A stretch of 64,000 nucleotides of DNA from Reclinomonas americana ATCC 50394 (taxonomy: Eukaryota). Shown one piece after another: positions 25,776 through 43,897 of this stretch (position 1 is the stretch's first letter; every line of letters begins with the position of its first letter). Both the position numbers and the translations under genes were made by a program. The stretch spans positions 134,679-198,678 of the forward strand of contig PS015097.1 in the NCBI GenBank assembly GCA_048213135.1, written 5' to 3'. Below the pieces are notes generated by a model that saw nothing but the letters and a program-made list of their open reading frames with translations, ran no database searches and was not told the DNA's origin.

Positions 25776-28700
25776 TCACGGCGTGAATTCGACTTTTCTG
25801 ATACAATGCGCGTTGGTGTCGCAACAGTAGAGCGTCCGCGCACTGCCGAGCCACAACAGGCCTCGTGCTGAGCTGAACGGTACAAGTTTTGACAGACTCG
25901 ATACTCGCCTGTCGCACACCAGTCAGGGGAAACAGCGAGAAGCGAACACATGCACACATGCTCGGGTGCCTCACCGACTGTCCACCTCAATGACTCGAAT
26001 CGAGTCGTTGAGGTCCGACACAAACACCACACCGTTGGTGAGATCCGACGCGATTTTTTGTGGGAACCTGCAACTTAATGTCAGCAATGATGATGGAGTG
26101 GAGAGCAAAACCCGAGAGCGCAACTTGAATTGAGCCACTGCACCGTCGCCATCCTTGTACCCTTCCACGCCACTTCCCACAAAGGTCTCCACGGTGGACA
26201 CACGGAAATCGACCTTGCGAATCACATGGTTCTTGGTGTCCGTCTGCACACGAGATAGTCGCATGTTGTGACACTTCCGCGTTCACACAAAACAGTTAGA
26301 CATCGACGGAAACGTACCACCAGCATGACCTGTGGGGCGATCCAGCACATTCCGTGTGGATTGTTGAACTCGGCACGCTCAAACACACCATCGGCGAATC
26401 CGAGTTTCCGGCCGCCGGCCACAACGTTGACCGAGCGTGATGCCGCGCTGACTTTTAGCACGCCCTTGCTGAATGACAAGTACACGTCGCCTGCTCGCAC
26501 TTGTCAGCGATCTCTTGGAAGAATGTGGACTGTCAAAACGTACCATCTTCGTCCAGCACCACATCGTTGAAGAGCTGAATCTTTAGCCTGCGGTACATAG
26601 AGCACAAGGGTGAGAGGGAGAGAAAGAGTTTGCCAATGCGCTGACGGTGAAACAAACCGAGAGGGCAGTGTCAACGGGTACGGTGTCACTCCGCCCGTCT
26701 TGGTCGACACGTGCAGCAACTGCGCCGTACTCGAGGCAGCCGCGGCAACACCACCACCATTAGCGACACCCCCACCATTGGCCGGAGAGCTGCGCTGATT
26801 CAGACTACACACAAAGAGGTGCGACTCGTCCTTGTCGAGAGCCAAGCTCACTGGCGCGCCGACGGATTGCTTTCGACTGTCATGGGAAGAGATGGTAAGT
26901 CAAGAGTACATCATCCACTTGCCCAACACGAGACGCACGATTGCGAGTTGCCAAGTGTGGTCACCAGGCCCTCTTCGACGCTGATCTTTCGAATGCACCG
27001 GTTGCCGTAGTCCGCCACATACAACGTGCTTCCTGTGCTGTCACTGACAATGTCCCACGGCAGGTTGAACGACGCTCGCCTCGAAAAGCCGTCTGTTCGA
27101 CAAATAATCAGTGATCACCCTCAAAGAGAGAGAGAGAGAGAGAGAAGAATGAGTGGTCGAACCTGCATGGCCGGGCTCTCGATTACCGATGATTGACTCG
27201 AAGCACTGCGCCAAGTGCAGCAGACTCTTGCGGTAGTACGAATCGGGAATGCTGACTGGTGCCGTCACAAGTACTCGCGATGGTCCCTTCGAGCCAGCAT
27301 TGGTGATTGACGATGAGGAGTGGCTGCTGGTGTCCGTCGCATCCGTGACATCAATGAGAAGCGGCAGCGATGCGCGGTTGCGTCGACCACTGGCACCTCC
27401 ACCAGTGCCACCATTCTCCACCTCGTCGGACGGGAACAATGGCTTCTCCTCCATTGCATGTCCGTTGCGCATTGAACTGGCGGCTTGCAGTTGCACCATG
27501 GCGCGATCGAGATCGGCACTGCAATACAAAAGAGTGTGAGTGGGTGCAGCGACAGAGAGGAGAAAAGTCAACAAAGAAAAGGTGACGCATACCCGAGCGA
27601 CGATCTCGCAGTCCTCCGCTGCTCCTTTTGCGAGTCGGCCGAACCGCGTGGAGCACCGCTCGTGTGCGTCACAGGTGGCGAATACGGTCGGTCGTAAGTC
27701 GACGGTAGGCGACGGTCTCGAGCGTGTCCTGCCACGATGGTGAGCAAACAAGCAGCACGCAGGCAGGCACTGCGAGGCGCCAGTGACACCACAAACCGAC
27801 AAGAGGTGACGTATCGCGTGCGCGCTGCAAATCAGCGCGAATGCGACGCAAGTTTTCGGCGTATCTGATCGACCCGCTGGTAAGCACACACACACAACAC
27901 ACACGAGAAACAACGATGGGTGCCGTACGCAACTTGGATCGCAGCGGTGAAGAAAGTACTGGTGATTCGTGTGGGGGAGCCAGCGAGCTGTCAGTGAATG
28001 TGTCTGTGGCCGCAGCATGCGTGAGAAACATGAGTGGGAGTGTTGATGAAGAGGCATACCAAGAATCCCAGACCTGAATTACGCGCCACCTCGGAACGCA
28101 TGTCGCTCAGCAACGCACGCAGCCGCGGATCCCATAATGAGACGCTCTGCAGCACGGCAGAGGCTTCTTCAGCCAACAAGGCACCCTCACACGCACGTCA
28201 AGTCAACGTACCGAATCGCTGGCCTTGTCTTCCGATGGCACCACAATCGCGCCCTCCAAGTGCAACACTTGCAGCAGATCGATGAGTGGCAATGTTAATG
28301 CCGCAATATCTGCACACGAGGGGGGGGGAGGAGCGAGTGAGCGTGAAGCCTCGCACCCGATTCAAACAGATTGCAGCAGCGTCACACACCGCGCAGTTTC
28401 TGCAGCTCGCGTCGCATGCCCGTGTTTTCCACCTCCAGTCCCGAACACCTCTCGCTTAACCGCACCACTTGCTCCTGTGTGCAAGTGGGGAAAAAAGAAG
28501 TCAGAAACCACTGAGCTCCGCAGCAGAGCACACTTGCTGCGACGCAACTCCATCGGGCTTGGCCAGTGAGAACGCACGCAGCATGTCGATCTCGGAACGC
28601 ATGCGCTCCAGTGTGGTGATCTCAGCCTCCGACAACTGTTGTGCAGTCGACACCATTCAGCTAACTGTGTATGTGTGTTTGCACCCAAGCCACGTCATCT

Positions 28701-29757
28701 CACCTGCTCCATGAGAGCCAGCTCGTCTTGCCCGAGCTCTTGTGCCACTCGTCGTGTCAAACTGCAGATCGCGGCAAGTGAGTACATACTCTTCTCACAC
28801 CAGCGCATCGCCAACCACATACCTCTGCACTTGGCGACCGCGCTCCTCCATCGTCTGTGTGACCTCGTGCAGTTCATTGGTGAGCGACCGTTCCAGTGCC
28901 ACCACATGCTCGCTCAACTCCTCCAGCTCCACATCGTTCTGCATAAATGTATCCTCGAACTCCTGCTTCTCCCACACGGCCTCTTCCTCCAGACGCGTGA
29001 CCTTGATCAATAGATCTTCCAGAGCCTGCGTCCGGGCGCTCACCTGCCGCCGGATCTGCTCCAGCTCCGACAACACCTCGCTCGGCAGTGTCGGTGGTGG
29101 TGCCGGCGGAGGTGCGCCCGTCATGTTGCTGGCAGAGCGCGCCATGGCCACGGTCTTTGGGTCGGCGGATTCGTCGACCAGCGTCGGAATGCCAGTGGCA
29201 GCCGCCGCCACGACGTCGACCTTGGCGAGTTCATCTTCCACGTCTTCGGCGCGAACCTCTGAAGACAGCAGGTGAGCATGCGGAAGAGAGGGAGAGAGGG
29301 GAGGGAGGATAGCAAGAGATACATGCCTTCGGCGCCAGCATCGCGCATGCGCTGAATGATCAGACGTTGCCGTGCGAGTTCCCGCTCGTACGACACGCGC
29401 TGCTGGTACACCATGTCCTTCCACTTGGAGGCCTCGGCGGTCAGACTCACCAGGCGCTCGTTGGCGACCTTGTGTTTTTGCTCGGAGAACACGCTGCGCG
29501 GTGCGAGGGAGGGAGGGGGAGTGAGGAGAGGGAGAGGAAGAGGGAGGGAAAGGAAGGGAGAGGGTGAGAGGGAGGGGGGAGAGGGAGGGAGAGGGAAAGG
29601 GAGAGAGGGAGAGGGGAAAGGAGAGAGAGATCGAGAGTGAGAGACAGTGGAGAGAGACACAGTGGAGAAAGGGAAGAAACGAGAAGGGGAAGAGGGTAAC
29701 AGAGACGCTTGAGTCAATGAACTTGACAGACATAGAAAGAGAGAGAGAGAGAGAGAG

Positions 29758-29795
<38 letters not shown>

Positions 29796-30610
29796 GAGAA
29801 TGAGAGGTATGCTTGAGTTCGTGAACCAAAGAAGCGAGTGCGCTGGCACAGAGAGAGAGAGAGAGAGTCAGACTCAACGTCAGCTTGTAGTACTCCTCCT
29901 TCAAGCGCAACGCCGCCGTCTCGTGCTCCTCGGCCTCGGCTGTTTTCTTGGCCAACTCACTCTCCAGCGACACAACTTGCTCGTCGAGCTGCTTCTTCAG
30001 CAGCAAGTTCTGCATCGAAAGAGGAGGACTCAGAACGAGGCAAATGAAAGCGGTGACCTGGCAAGCCAGCCAACCTTGGACTTGGAATGCTCCAGCTGCG
30101 ACCGCGTATCCGTGTCCTTTTTCCGTCGCTGCTCGTCGACAGCCACCAGCTTTTCCCGCACACGCTCCCGATCCGTCTTGACCTCCTGCTCGCCACCACA
30201 CACATTGAGACCAACGACGATCCAACCAGTGAAATAAGCAACACTCTCGCACCTCCAGCTCTTTCCGTAGTCTCTCATTCTCCGCACGCCACTGCTCCTC
30301 ACGCTGGCGGAACTCCCGCTCCGTGGCCTCCACTCGCGCCTCCCACTCTCGCTTCACTCGCCGCTCCGCCGCCGCTCGATCGCGCTCCGCCTCCTCTCGA
30401 AACCGCAAGATTTGCTCCTCCAGCTCACGCACATGCGACGCCTTGGCACGTATCTTCTCATCCGAGTCGGCCACCACCTTGTCGAGCCACCTGTGACACA
30501 TGCTTGCAAAGTGAGCGATCCCAATCATCACAATCACATCATCATCATCATATTGCAGAAGAGTCGCGGTCATGTCAACACGCTGCTTACTCTCTAGTAC
30601 GCTCACTCGT

Positions 30611-30661
<51 letters not shown>

Positions 30662-30735
30662 TGGCCACACGCAGACCAATACACAATACACAATGCTCAC
30701 CCTTCCAGCTGCCGAATGTTATCCAGCAGACTCAT
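25776..30735 (-). CDS. Long coiled-coil protein with C-terminal NHL-repeat beta-propeller
   Basis: N-terminal heptad-rich exons, then NHL motifs DGFSRRASFNLPWDI..LYVADYGNRCIRKI, GFADGVFERAEFNNPHG, TDTKNHVIRKVD, GYKDGDGAVAQFKFPQKI and LYCCDTNAHCIRKVE. Confidence 0.8.
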
Positions 30736-30819
30736 GACAAGGCTCGCACAGACACACTCACACACTCACACACAGCACTCACACAGACAGACACAAGCGC
30801 GTGGAGAAGGCCCGGTGTA

Positions 30820-30827
30820 TGACGTCA
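30820..30827. promoter_or_regulatory. CRE/ATF-type palindrome TGACGTCA in a 130-nt divergent intergenic gap
   Basis: Exact motif between the ATGs at 30735 (-) and 30866 (+). Function is inferred only. Confidence 0.45.
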
Positions 30828-30865
30828 CCACTCGTTTGTCCCACAGTGCGTTTTTTCTGTCAATC

Positions 30866-31409
30866 ATGTCAGCAGCAGCAGCCGCGTCTTCAACCGGTGG
30901 CGGTTCTTCTCCGCGACGTGACAAGCGACTGGAGCAGGTGAGAGAACGAAAAAGAAAAAGAGAGCGCGTATGTACTCATGTGTACAAAGAGCAGTTGCGA
31001 GCGTGCTTGCCAGCGTCGAGCAAGCGCGTGCTCGACACGCCCACCACCTCCACACTGTACAACTCGAGAAGACCAGCGAAGAAAGGTCTGTCACTCTCGT
31101 TGCGCGCGCGCGTGCCTTTCTCTCTCTCTCATGTTCCGAACACCTCTCTCAAAAGAGCCGAGCGATGTTCCGTATCATCGCTCGCTGATCTCGCAAGCCA
31201 AGGCCGGCGCCGGTGCGCAGTATCAGCGGCTGCGTGCGCGGACAGAGATCGAGTCGGTGCGGCGCGGCGGTCTGGAGCGTGTCAAGAAGCAAAAGGCGCA
31301 GGAGGACTATGTGCGGTACTTGCGCGAGATGAGTGAGAGCGGGGGCGGTGCGCAGTCGAAGCGCATTGTGCCGGCGTTCAACAAGCAGACGACGCTCAAG
31401 TTGGGATGA
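30866..31409 (+). CDS. Small basic uncharacterised protein (3 exons)
   Basis: MSAAAAASSTGGGSSPRRDKRLEQ / LRACLPASSKRVLDTP...PAKK / EPSDVPYHRSLISQAK...KQTTLKLG*, with GT-AG introns in phase. Confidence 0.6.
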
Positions 31410-31444
31410 GAATGCGTGGAGTGTGTGAGGAGAGGATAGGGTGT

Positions 31445-32315
31445 TCATTTGACAAATACGTAAAATGCCATGAGGAAGCAGCAGCCGCTGACGAGCCACG
31501 AGAGTCGAGTGCCGAAGATGGTGGCTGTGGAGTGCGGGGGGAGGGGGAGAGGGAAGGGGGAGGGTGAGAGGGAAGGGAGAGGGAAGGGAGAGGGTGAGGG
31601 AAGGGGGTGATGTGACAGGTGGCTATAGCTGCTCAGACCACAGGAGCACAGCGGCACAGAGCTGGACTCGGGGAACAGGAGGAGCAGAGAGCAAGATGAA
31701 AGCGATCGACGCAGCGTGGACACAGTGGGAAAGCAGGCAAGAGACTGACGCACAGGTCGAGAGATGAGAGAGAAGCGACAGACCATAGCCACTAAGAAGG
31801 AGCTGAACTCGGAGAAGAGGAGAAGCAGAACGCAGGAACAGATAGCGATCAACACAGGCAAGAGAGACGATCTGGTTTGGGAGGGAAGAAGCAACCGCAG
31901 GCGGTCACAGCCACTCGGACTACAGGAGCACAGAGGTGCAGAGCTTGACTCAAAGCAGACTGAAGGAAGGAGACAGTGCTCGACAAAGATAGAGAACTGA
32001 GGCAAGAGAGAGCCGGGAGGAGAAGAATCCTGAATGAATGCAGAAACGCAGACAACTCTCTCTCGAAACTTGCGACTGAGAACAACAAACACAAGCAGTC
32101 ACGTTGGGCTCACCCTTGTAGATCACTCCCCAGACACCCTGCTTCTCTGAGAGCAGCAGCTTCTTGATTCGTGGAAAGCGCGCGAGAAATCTGACACATC
32201 GGCATGTGAGCGAATGCGAGTGCACACAGACACCCATGTTGTTCACTCACCCAAACGTGCAGCAGAGCAGCAGGAAGGCAATGAATATGCCGTCCAACGA
32301 GTACACGTTGGTCAT
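31445..32315 (-). CDS. TMEM167B: Protein kish-B (TMEM167B-type small membrane protein)
   Basis: Three exons give MTNVYSLDGIFIAFLLLCCTFGFLARFPRIKKLLLSEKQGVWGVIYKATIFGTRLSWLVSGCCFLMAFYVFVK*, closely matching the kish-B pattern. It does not appear as a single ORF in the track. Confidence 0.93.
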
Positions 32316-32430
32316 CGCTATGCGCGACGGAGTGGCGGGAGCAGATCACAGAAGACGGACGAGAGGACAAGTGAATGAGTCGGGGCTCTCACTCTCTCTC
32401 TCTCAGCCCGGCCTCCTGTATTACAGGCGA

Positions 32431-33078
32431 TCAAGCTCGTAGCTGTATCGCCTCGCTGGCGATCACTGCGCAGCGAGGAGAAGCGATATCGATCGAAGTC
32501 AATTGCACATGCATGTAAGCTGCCGACCATCGATGTCGCCGTTCTTTTTGCATCCCAGCACAGTTTTGATGGCGACGGCAGCAGCAGGCTTTTCTGTCGG
32601 CGTGTTCGCTCTCATCTCGTGAACTGCGATCTGCATCGCGATCGATCGCGAACAGTGTGGATTTGACGTCGACACAGACAACAGAAAAGACTTGCTCAGC
32701 ATTCCCTGCGCCTGGCGGTAGTACACGGCACATCTAGACAGAGGAAACATCGCTCCGCACGCAATGCTTGCAGCTGCTACAATATCAATGGACTGCACAA
32801 CGTACAGACGTCGACAAAACTGGCCGGCGCGTGTCATGGCTCAGTTGTCGCAGCAATGGTGCTGTTGTGCAAAAGCAATGGCACAAAACGACGATTATGA
32901 GTCTACTGTTGGCGCACCAGCACCCCAAAGCATCAAGACGCAACTCGCCTTCACGGGAAGGCTGACGAGTGCTTCCGAGAAGGAACTCGATCGCTCGGTC
33001 AACCTCAGCGTCAGTCTGCTTCAGGATGTCAGCAAGAAAACAAAGAGATGCTGCACTCTCTCTCTCTCTCTCCCTCTC

Positions 33079-33110
<32 letters not shown>

Positions 33111-33656
33111 CCTCTGTCATTCACTCACGCACCAGTGGACCACCTCGGCGACTGAGAGTTCTCATGAGCTGTTTGTTCTCTCGCCTGAATATGTCCCACG
33201 CCGAAGAGACTGCAGCACGCTCTTCCTCCGAGGGCTCTGCCCAAGTCACCTTGGCATCCTCGAGCGACTTGAACATCGTCGCTTCTACACAACAACAACT
33301 TCGTGAACTGAGAAGATGGACGCGAGGACAACTCTCTGCCGGTACAATTCCCTCACCATGTCTTCCCGTGTCAGTTGCATCACTGTGCAGCGAGGTGAAG
33401 AGTTATCAATGGCAATTGCACGTACCGACCGTCGCCGTTTCTTCGAGCATCGCCATCGCTGCACTACAACTTCAGCCTGCGACTTCCAATCCGCCTTGCA
33501 ATCCGTTGATACTTCCTGAAGGATGCAGAGAGGGAAGAGAAGGGAGGATCCACAGCAGCCACAGCATTCTCCGCTTCTCTGCCGCTACGCGATTCACTGG
33601 CGATCGCTGTGCAGCGCGCTGCGCGGTACGGCTCTTCTCCTTTCAGCCTGCGACAT
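32431..33656 (-). CDS. Probable multi-exon uncharacterised gene with a CUE/UBA-like segment; boundaries uncertain
   Basis: Protein-like exons with GT-AG flanks: FKSLEDAKVTWAEPSEEERAAVSSAWDIFRRENKQLMRTL and ASLCFLADILKQTDAEVDRAIEFLLG. The 5' end could not be joined unambiguously. Confidence 0.35.
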
Positions 33657-33738
33657 ATTGCTCTCCGCTGCGTGTCGACTGCAACAACCCTCGCGGCACA
33701 CTGCTGCACGCGGGGGCGGACACGGTCTTCTCCTCAAC

Positions 33739-34358
33739 TCACAGCCACTGCAACAGCGCCGACCACAATCTCGTCAAGGTCCACCTCCGCGGCAGCGCAG
33801 CCTCCGCACTCGGCGACACGCGAAGCCCCGGTGACTGCAGCGCAAACGAGCCCACCGTCGGCACCAACACCGCCACATGAAACAACACCGTCATAAAGTG
33901 CAGAAGGCGCCTGCATGAATGAACCAGTGAGCAGCTGGCAAGCAAGCCAAAAGAGTGACGGATCGCATGCACTGAAACTCGTAATTCATGGCCTGTCGCA
34001 TATGCGGTGCCGCCAGTCGACTCATATCCCAGGCGTTGTTGGGGTTGAGCACGCGATCGGGCTTCACCAGAGACAACACCTGTGAACATGCACATTCAGT
34101 CACCATGCGCACACTCTCTTCCCTCTCGCACTCAACTGTGTACTGCTGCTGCGGTCCACCCAGCTGATTGTAGGCCACTGAGGCCCACGCCACGCTCTCC
34201 GCTGCATGCTCGCTCTCCACCGCAGCAACTACGCGTCTGTCTGCATCGCCATCATCACTGTCGCGTGTTGCAGACAATGCAAGGGTGGCTGCAGGTGGCA
34301 GTGGAGGCCATCGTGCACGGTGGCGAAGTGCACGCAAGAGCCACGCGCGTCGCAACAT
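33739..34358 (-). CDS. Small uncharacterised protein with Arg-rich mitochondrial-type presequence and one hydrophobic helix
   Basis: MLRRAWLLRALRHRARW...; the exons join in phase to give NYEFQRLLHFMTVLFHVAVLVPTVG...LLQWL*. Confidence 0.5.
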
Positions 34359-34407
34359 CTGTCAGAGGAATGTCCTCTTGCAAAGTCCTCTTCTCCGTCC
34401 GTCTGCA

Positions 34408-35282
34408 ATGTATCCTCCGAGCACAAAGGAGCGTGTGGTGATCCAGCCTGACCCTGAAGGCGGTGAGTCACACTGCGGGTGGTCGCGTGTGTGCACGGGG
34501 CTCTCACTTGCGTGCAGGATGGAGTCGTGAGCTGCCGATTTGGGCCATGAGTCGCATCTCTGTGTGCGTTTCCTGCCTGCGTGTGTGTGTGAGAGCAAGA
34601 CGCGCATGATCATGATGAGTGTGCGCGCTACAGGCAAGAGTTCGACGCGCTCATTAACGAGATGAACGCGGTCAGTCGGCCCTACGAGGACCGCTTGCAC
34701 GAGGCCAAGTTATGTGCAAAAGGAATCTTGACCTCCTCACTCACTCGCTCACTCACGTTGTTGTGTAGACCGGGCGGCGGTTTCCTCTGCTGTGCCATTG
34801 TGTCGGCGCTGCTGATTGTGCCCATGATCTGCTTCATCATCTATGGCATTGTGCGCGGACGCAGGTTAACAGAGATTCGTGTTGAGGTGCGACGACCTCG
34901 CGTGTGGCCTTTTGCACGCACAGCAGCTCTCTCTTACTCGCTTGGTGCGCAGTTCCGGCACGCGCTGGAGCAGTTCTGCCAGTGGAAGAACCAGACGCTG
35001 CTGCCGCGTGGCCTCGCGCTCGCCTGTCGCACGACCTCGTACGCCACCTCCTACGGTGACAGTCGCGTGCAGCAGGTGGTGCTGACGTGGATGGAGCTGG
35101 AGATTGCGCAGGCTGGTCCCATGGGTGAGCCACGAGAGGTGCACGGGTGTCGGCAGTTGTCGCGAGGTGCTGACACGATCTGGGTGCACAGTGTTTTACG
35201 TGGCCAGTGAGCCGCCGCCACCGTATCCCGGCGGCTACGCACAGCCCGGAGGTGCTTACGACTACTCCTATCAGCAGGCGCC

Positions 35283-35313
<31 letters not shown>

Positions 35314-35340
35314 GCTCCGTCAAAGTTGCGTGGCCCTTGA
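34408..35340 (+). CDS. Erf4/Golgin A7/CHIC-family cysteine-rich hydrophobic protein with C-terminal PPPPY and poly-Q
   Basis: ELPIWAMSRISVQEFDALINEMN...FLCCAIVSALLIVPMICF...LEQFCQWKNQTLLPRGL...WMELEI fits the Erf4-domain pattern. Confidence 0.65.
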
Positions 35341-35532
35341 TGACGACGTCTGCTGAAGGAATGCTGACTCGTGCGACAAATCATGCAGGCAGTGAACTAC
35401 AGTGACAGCAGCGTGCGTGACATGATGATCACTGGCTTCCCATCTCAAGCACACCATCCACGAGCTTCAGTGTGCGGCAAAGTCCTCCGTGATGACGGAC
35501 AACTCCCTCCGTCCTCTCACATCGAGCAAGCG

Positions 35533-36346
35533 ATGTTCACCGACGCTGCAGACTTTGACACTGCGTGTGCGTCCTTTGTCGCTGAGCACGCCCCCGCATG
35601 GAAGCTGGTGCAGCGGGGCACAAGGGGCTCCTTTGCTGTTCACACTCGATCAGTGCTTCTCCCCGGTTCGCATTCATGACAAAACGACGATCACTGGCAC
35701 TGCTCACACACACACACACACGCTCCTCGCACAGCCGATGTGTGTGACAGCGATGCAACTGCAGAGGAAGAGGAGGTGCACTTGTCACAGGTACCTCTCT
35801 CATCATCCACCCAATCACCACCGTCCATTCGCATTCGCACTCACGTGAACAACAGCTGGCCGAAGGCGGTGCGTGTGACGTGGCCACGACCGGCGATCAC
35901 GTGGTCGCACAGATAGAGCATCACATTGCGTTTGCCTGGGCCTACGGCATGCCGGGTTTCTTCCTCAAGGCCTATGTTGCTGGTCCGTCTGCGCCCCACT
36001 CTGCCCCGCAACGAGTCGCCGACTGACTGCTTGTGTCCCTGCAGCGACTGGCCAGCTGCTGTCGCTGCAGCATCTGTGCGCTCACGTGCTGCCGGCGTCG
36101 GTGGTCGCCCATGTGCCCGCCGACACCACGTCCTCCTCAAGTCTGTCGGCGTTTGCGGCCTCGATGACGCCCGCCGAGCACCCGGTGACGGGTGAGCCCG
36201 TGTTCGCCGTGCACCCATGTCACTCTGCCGACGTGGTCTCGACGGTGGCCACCGCCCTGGGCAGCGTGGCCAGCATCGAGACGTGGTTTCGCGTGTACGG
36301 ATCAATGCTGGGCCTGTGGCGGGGTGACGACGCAGAAGAGAGCTGA
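35533..36346 (+). CDS. ATG10: Ubiquitin-like-conjugating enzyme ATG10
   Basis: EHHIAFAWAYGMPGFFL; TPAEHPVTGEPVFAVHPC (catalytic Cys); IETWFRVYGSMLGL. Confidence 0.85.
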
Positions 36347-36661
36347 CGCCGCCGCGACAAGGCTACACGACCGACTCGACATATCGACAGGTCGAACAAG
36401 AAGAAGAGGAAGAGTCCAGCACCACCGGACTCCATGACCTTCTTGGCGGCGATGCTCCCCCTCACTCGCCCCATCCATCCCCAAACATAAATATTTCGTT
36501 TGCGGTACAATACCAAGACATGAGCGGATCAAAAGACAACAACACACTAAGAGCATCCTCGCAAGCGCGCCTCGCCAGTTGCCGCAAATCACCCAGGCAA
36601 TTGAGCACTCGAGGGGATTCCTCCGACACAAATGCAAATGTGCGAGCCGGTGTTTTTTCGT

Positions 36662-39437
<2,776 letters not shown>

Positions 39438-39521
39438 TGCTCCTGGTGAGCTTGAAAAAGTAACTGGAGGACAAATGGTTGCCGCGAGCGCGGAGTGCGA
39501 CACACAAACACACACACACAA

Positions 39522-40551
39522 ATGTCGGCCGCCGCTGGTGCTGGTGAATTCTACTGCAGGTGCGTATCGCATGTGCACATGTGTGTGCGTTGGCAACAAC
39601 AAGAAGAGCGTGAAGAGGGCAGTCGTGCGTCATGTCCGGTGGCTGACATTGCCTCTCTCTCTCTCTCCTCCCACTCTCTCTCACGTTGACGACGACCATG
39701 TCTGCAGATACTAGTTGCGTCTTCTCTCATTGCTGTGCGTGCATTGTGTGACTGAGACTGACTTGCACCAACACGCACAGTGTCGGCCACCGAGGTCTCC
39801 TTGCATGTGTCCTCCCTTCTTACACTCTCTGTGTGCGTGTGTGTCACTCACTTCTCTCTCTCTCTCTCTTTGTGTTGCAGGCAAGTTCGGGCACGAGTTC
39901 TTGGAGTTTGAGTTCCGACCCGACGGCCTCATGCGCTACGCCAACAACTCGCAGTACAAGAAGGACGTGATGATCCGCAAGGAGGGTGAGTGTGCGCCTG
40001 CGTGTGCAAAGTGTGCGTCTCATTGCTGACTATATGTGTGTGTGTGTAGCACACGTCACGGCACCGGTGCTGGAGGAGCTGCGTCGCATCATTGAGGAGA
40101 GCGACATTTTGAGGTGGCGTGAGTGTCTTGTTCTCTCTTGTGCCTCAATCGTCGTCTCACTCCCGATGCAGACAAGACGACAAGGACTGGCCGGAGCCCG
40201 ATCGCCTGGGCCGCCAGGAGCTGGAGATTGTGCTTGGCAACGAGCACATTTCATTCTGCGTTGCGTCTGCTCTCTCCCCCAAGCGCCCTTCTTGCACCAT
40301 CGTCGCTCACGCATTGTGCACATGTACGCAGACGACCAAGATTGGCAGTCTGGCCGACGTGCAGGCCAGCGGCGATCCCGATGGCATGCGGACATTCTAC
40401 TACCTCGTGCAAGATCTGCGGTGCTTTGTGTTTTCGCTGATTGGCATGCACTGCAAGGTTGGTGGCGCGTGCGCAAGTGTATTGCCCTCCATCCACCACC
40501 TCGTCTCACTCCCTTTTCTCCTTTGCCGCCGCGCAGATCAAGCCGATTTAA
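39522..40551 (+). CDS. MAGOH: Mago nashi (exon junction complex), 7 exons including two microexons
   Basis: [26 protein letters not shown]...[17 protein letters not shown]...[14 protein letters not shown]...TTKIGSL...[25 protein letters not shown]. Confidence 0.97.
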
Positions 40552-40734
40552 TGAGAAGAATACTGCTTGTGTATGACCCGTCGCACTCGGGCGAGCACTG
40601 TCGAGTGGCGTGCGTCAACTGAGATGTGTGAAGGGGGTGGAAACCAATGCACTGTGAACAGAAACGAAATGCGATCACGTCCCGCGCGCTGTGTGTATGT
40701 GTGTACATTCGCCCCCACCTCTCCTGTCGCGTTT

Positions 40735-43428
<2,694 letters not shown>

Positions 43429-43897
43429 TTGTGAGAGAGCGCGCCCACACAACGATCTAATCGTTGTTTTCCCGCCCAACGAGCGAGCACTTACCGAAAC
43501 GCCATTCTATCTTTCTCTTGCTGAGTGCATGGATCGAAACCTCCTTCCCACCCCGCAGCAAGCAAGCAGATACGCACATCAAGTCGGCTGCTTGTATGGA
43601 GAAGCATTTCAGTTACAGGCATCTGCGTGCTTTCATGAGTTCGAGTCATCTCCCTGTCGCGATCGACATCAGGTCGGCAGCATATAAACATCCAGAGGCA
43701 TCCCACTGACCATGGCCTTGCAAACTTTCTTACGAATACATTTCACTTGCTGACTCTCCCCACCCCCCACAAACAAACAAACAAAACAATCAAAGAGGCA
43801 GTTACGTCCATCAGGTCGGCTGCGTGTATGGAGGCATTGGTTCAGTGGGAGGCATGGGCAGTGTGTGATGAGGGCGGGCGTGCAACGGGCGGGCGTG

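Noticed and set aside
28198-28389. Apparent zinc finger CRYCGINIATH in the NHL gene
   Set aside because: Wrong frame: splice phase gives DIAALTLPLIDLLQVL instead.
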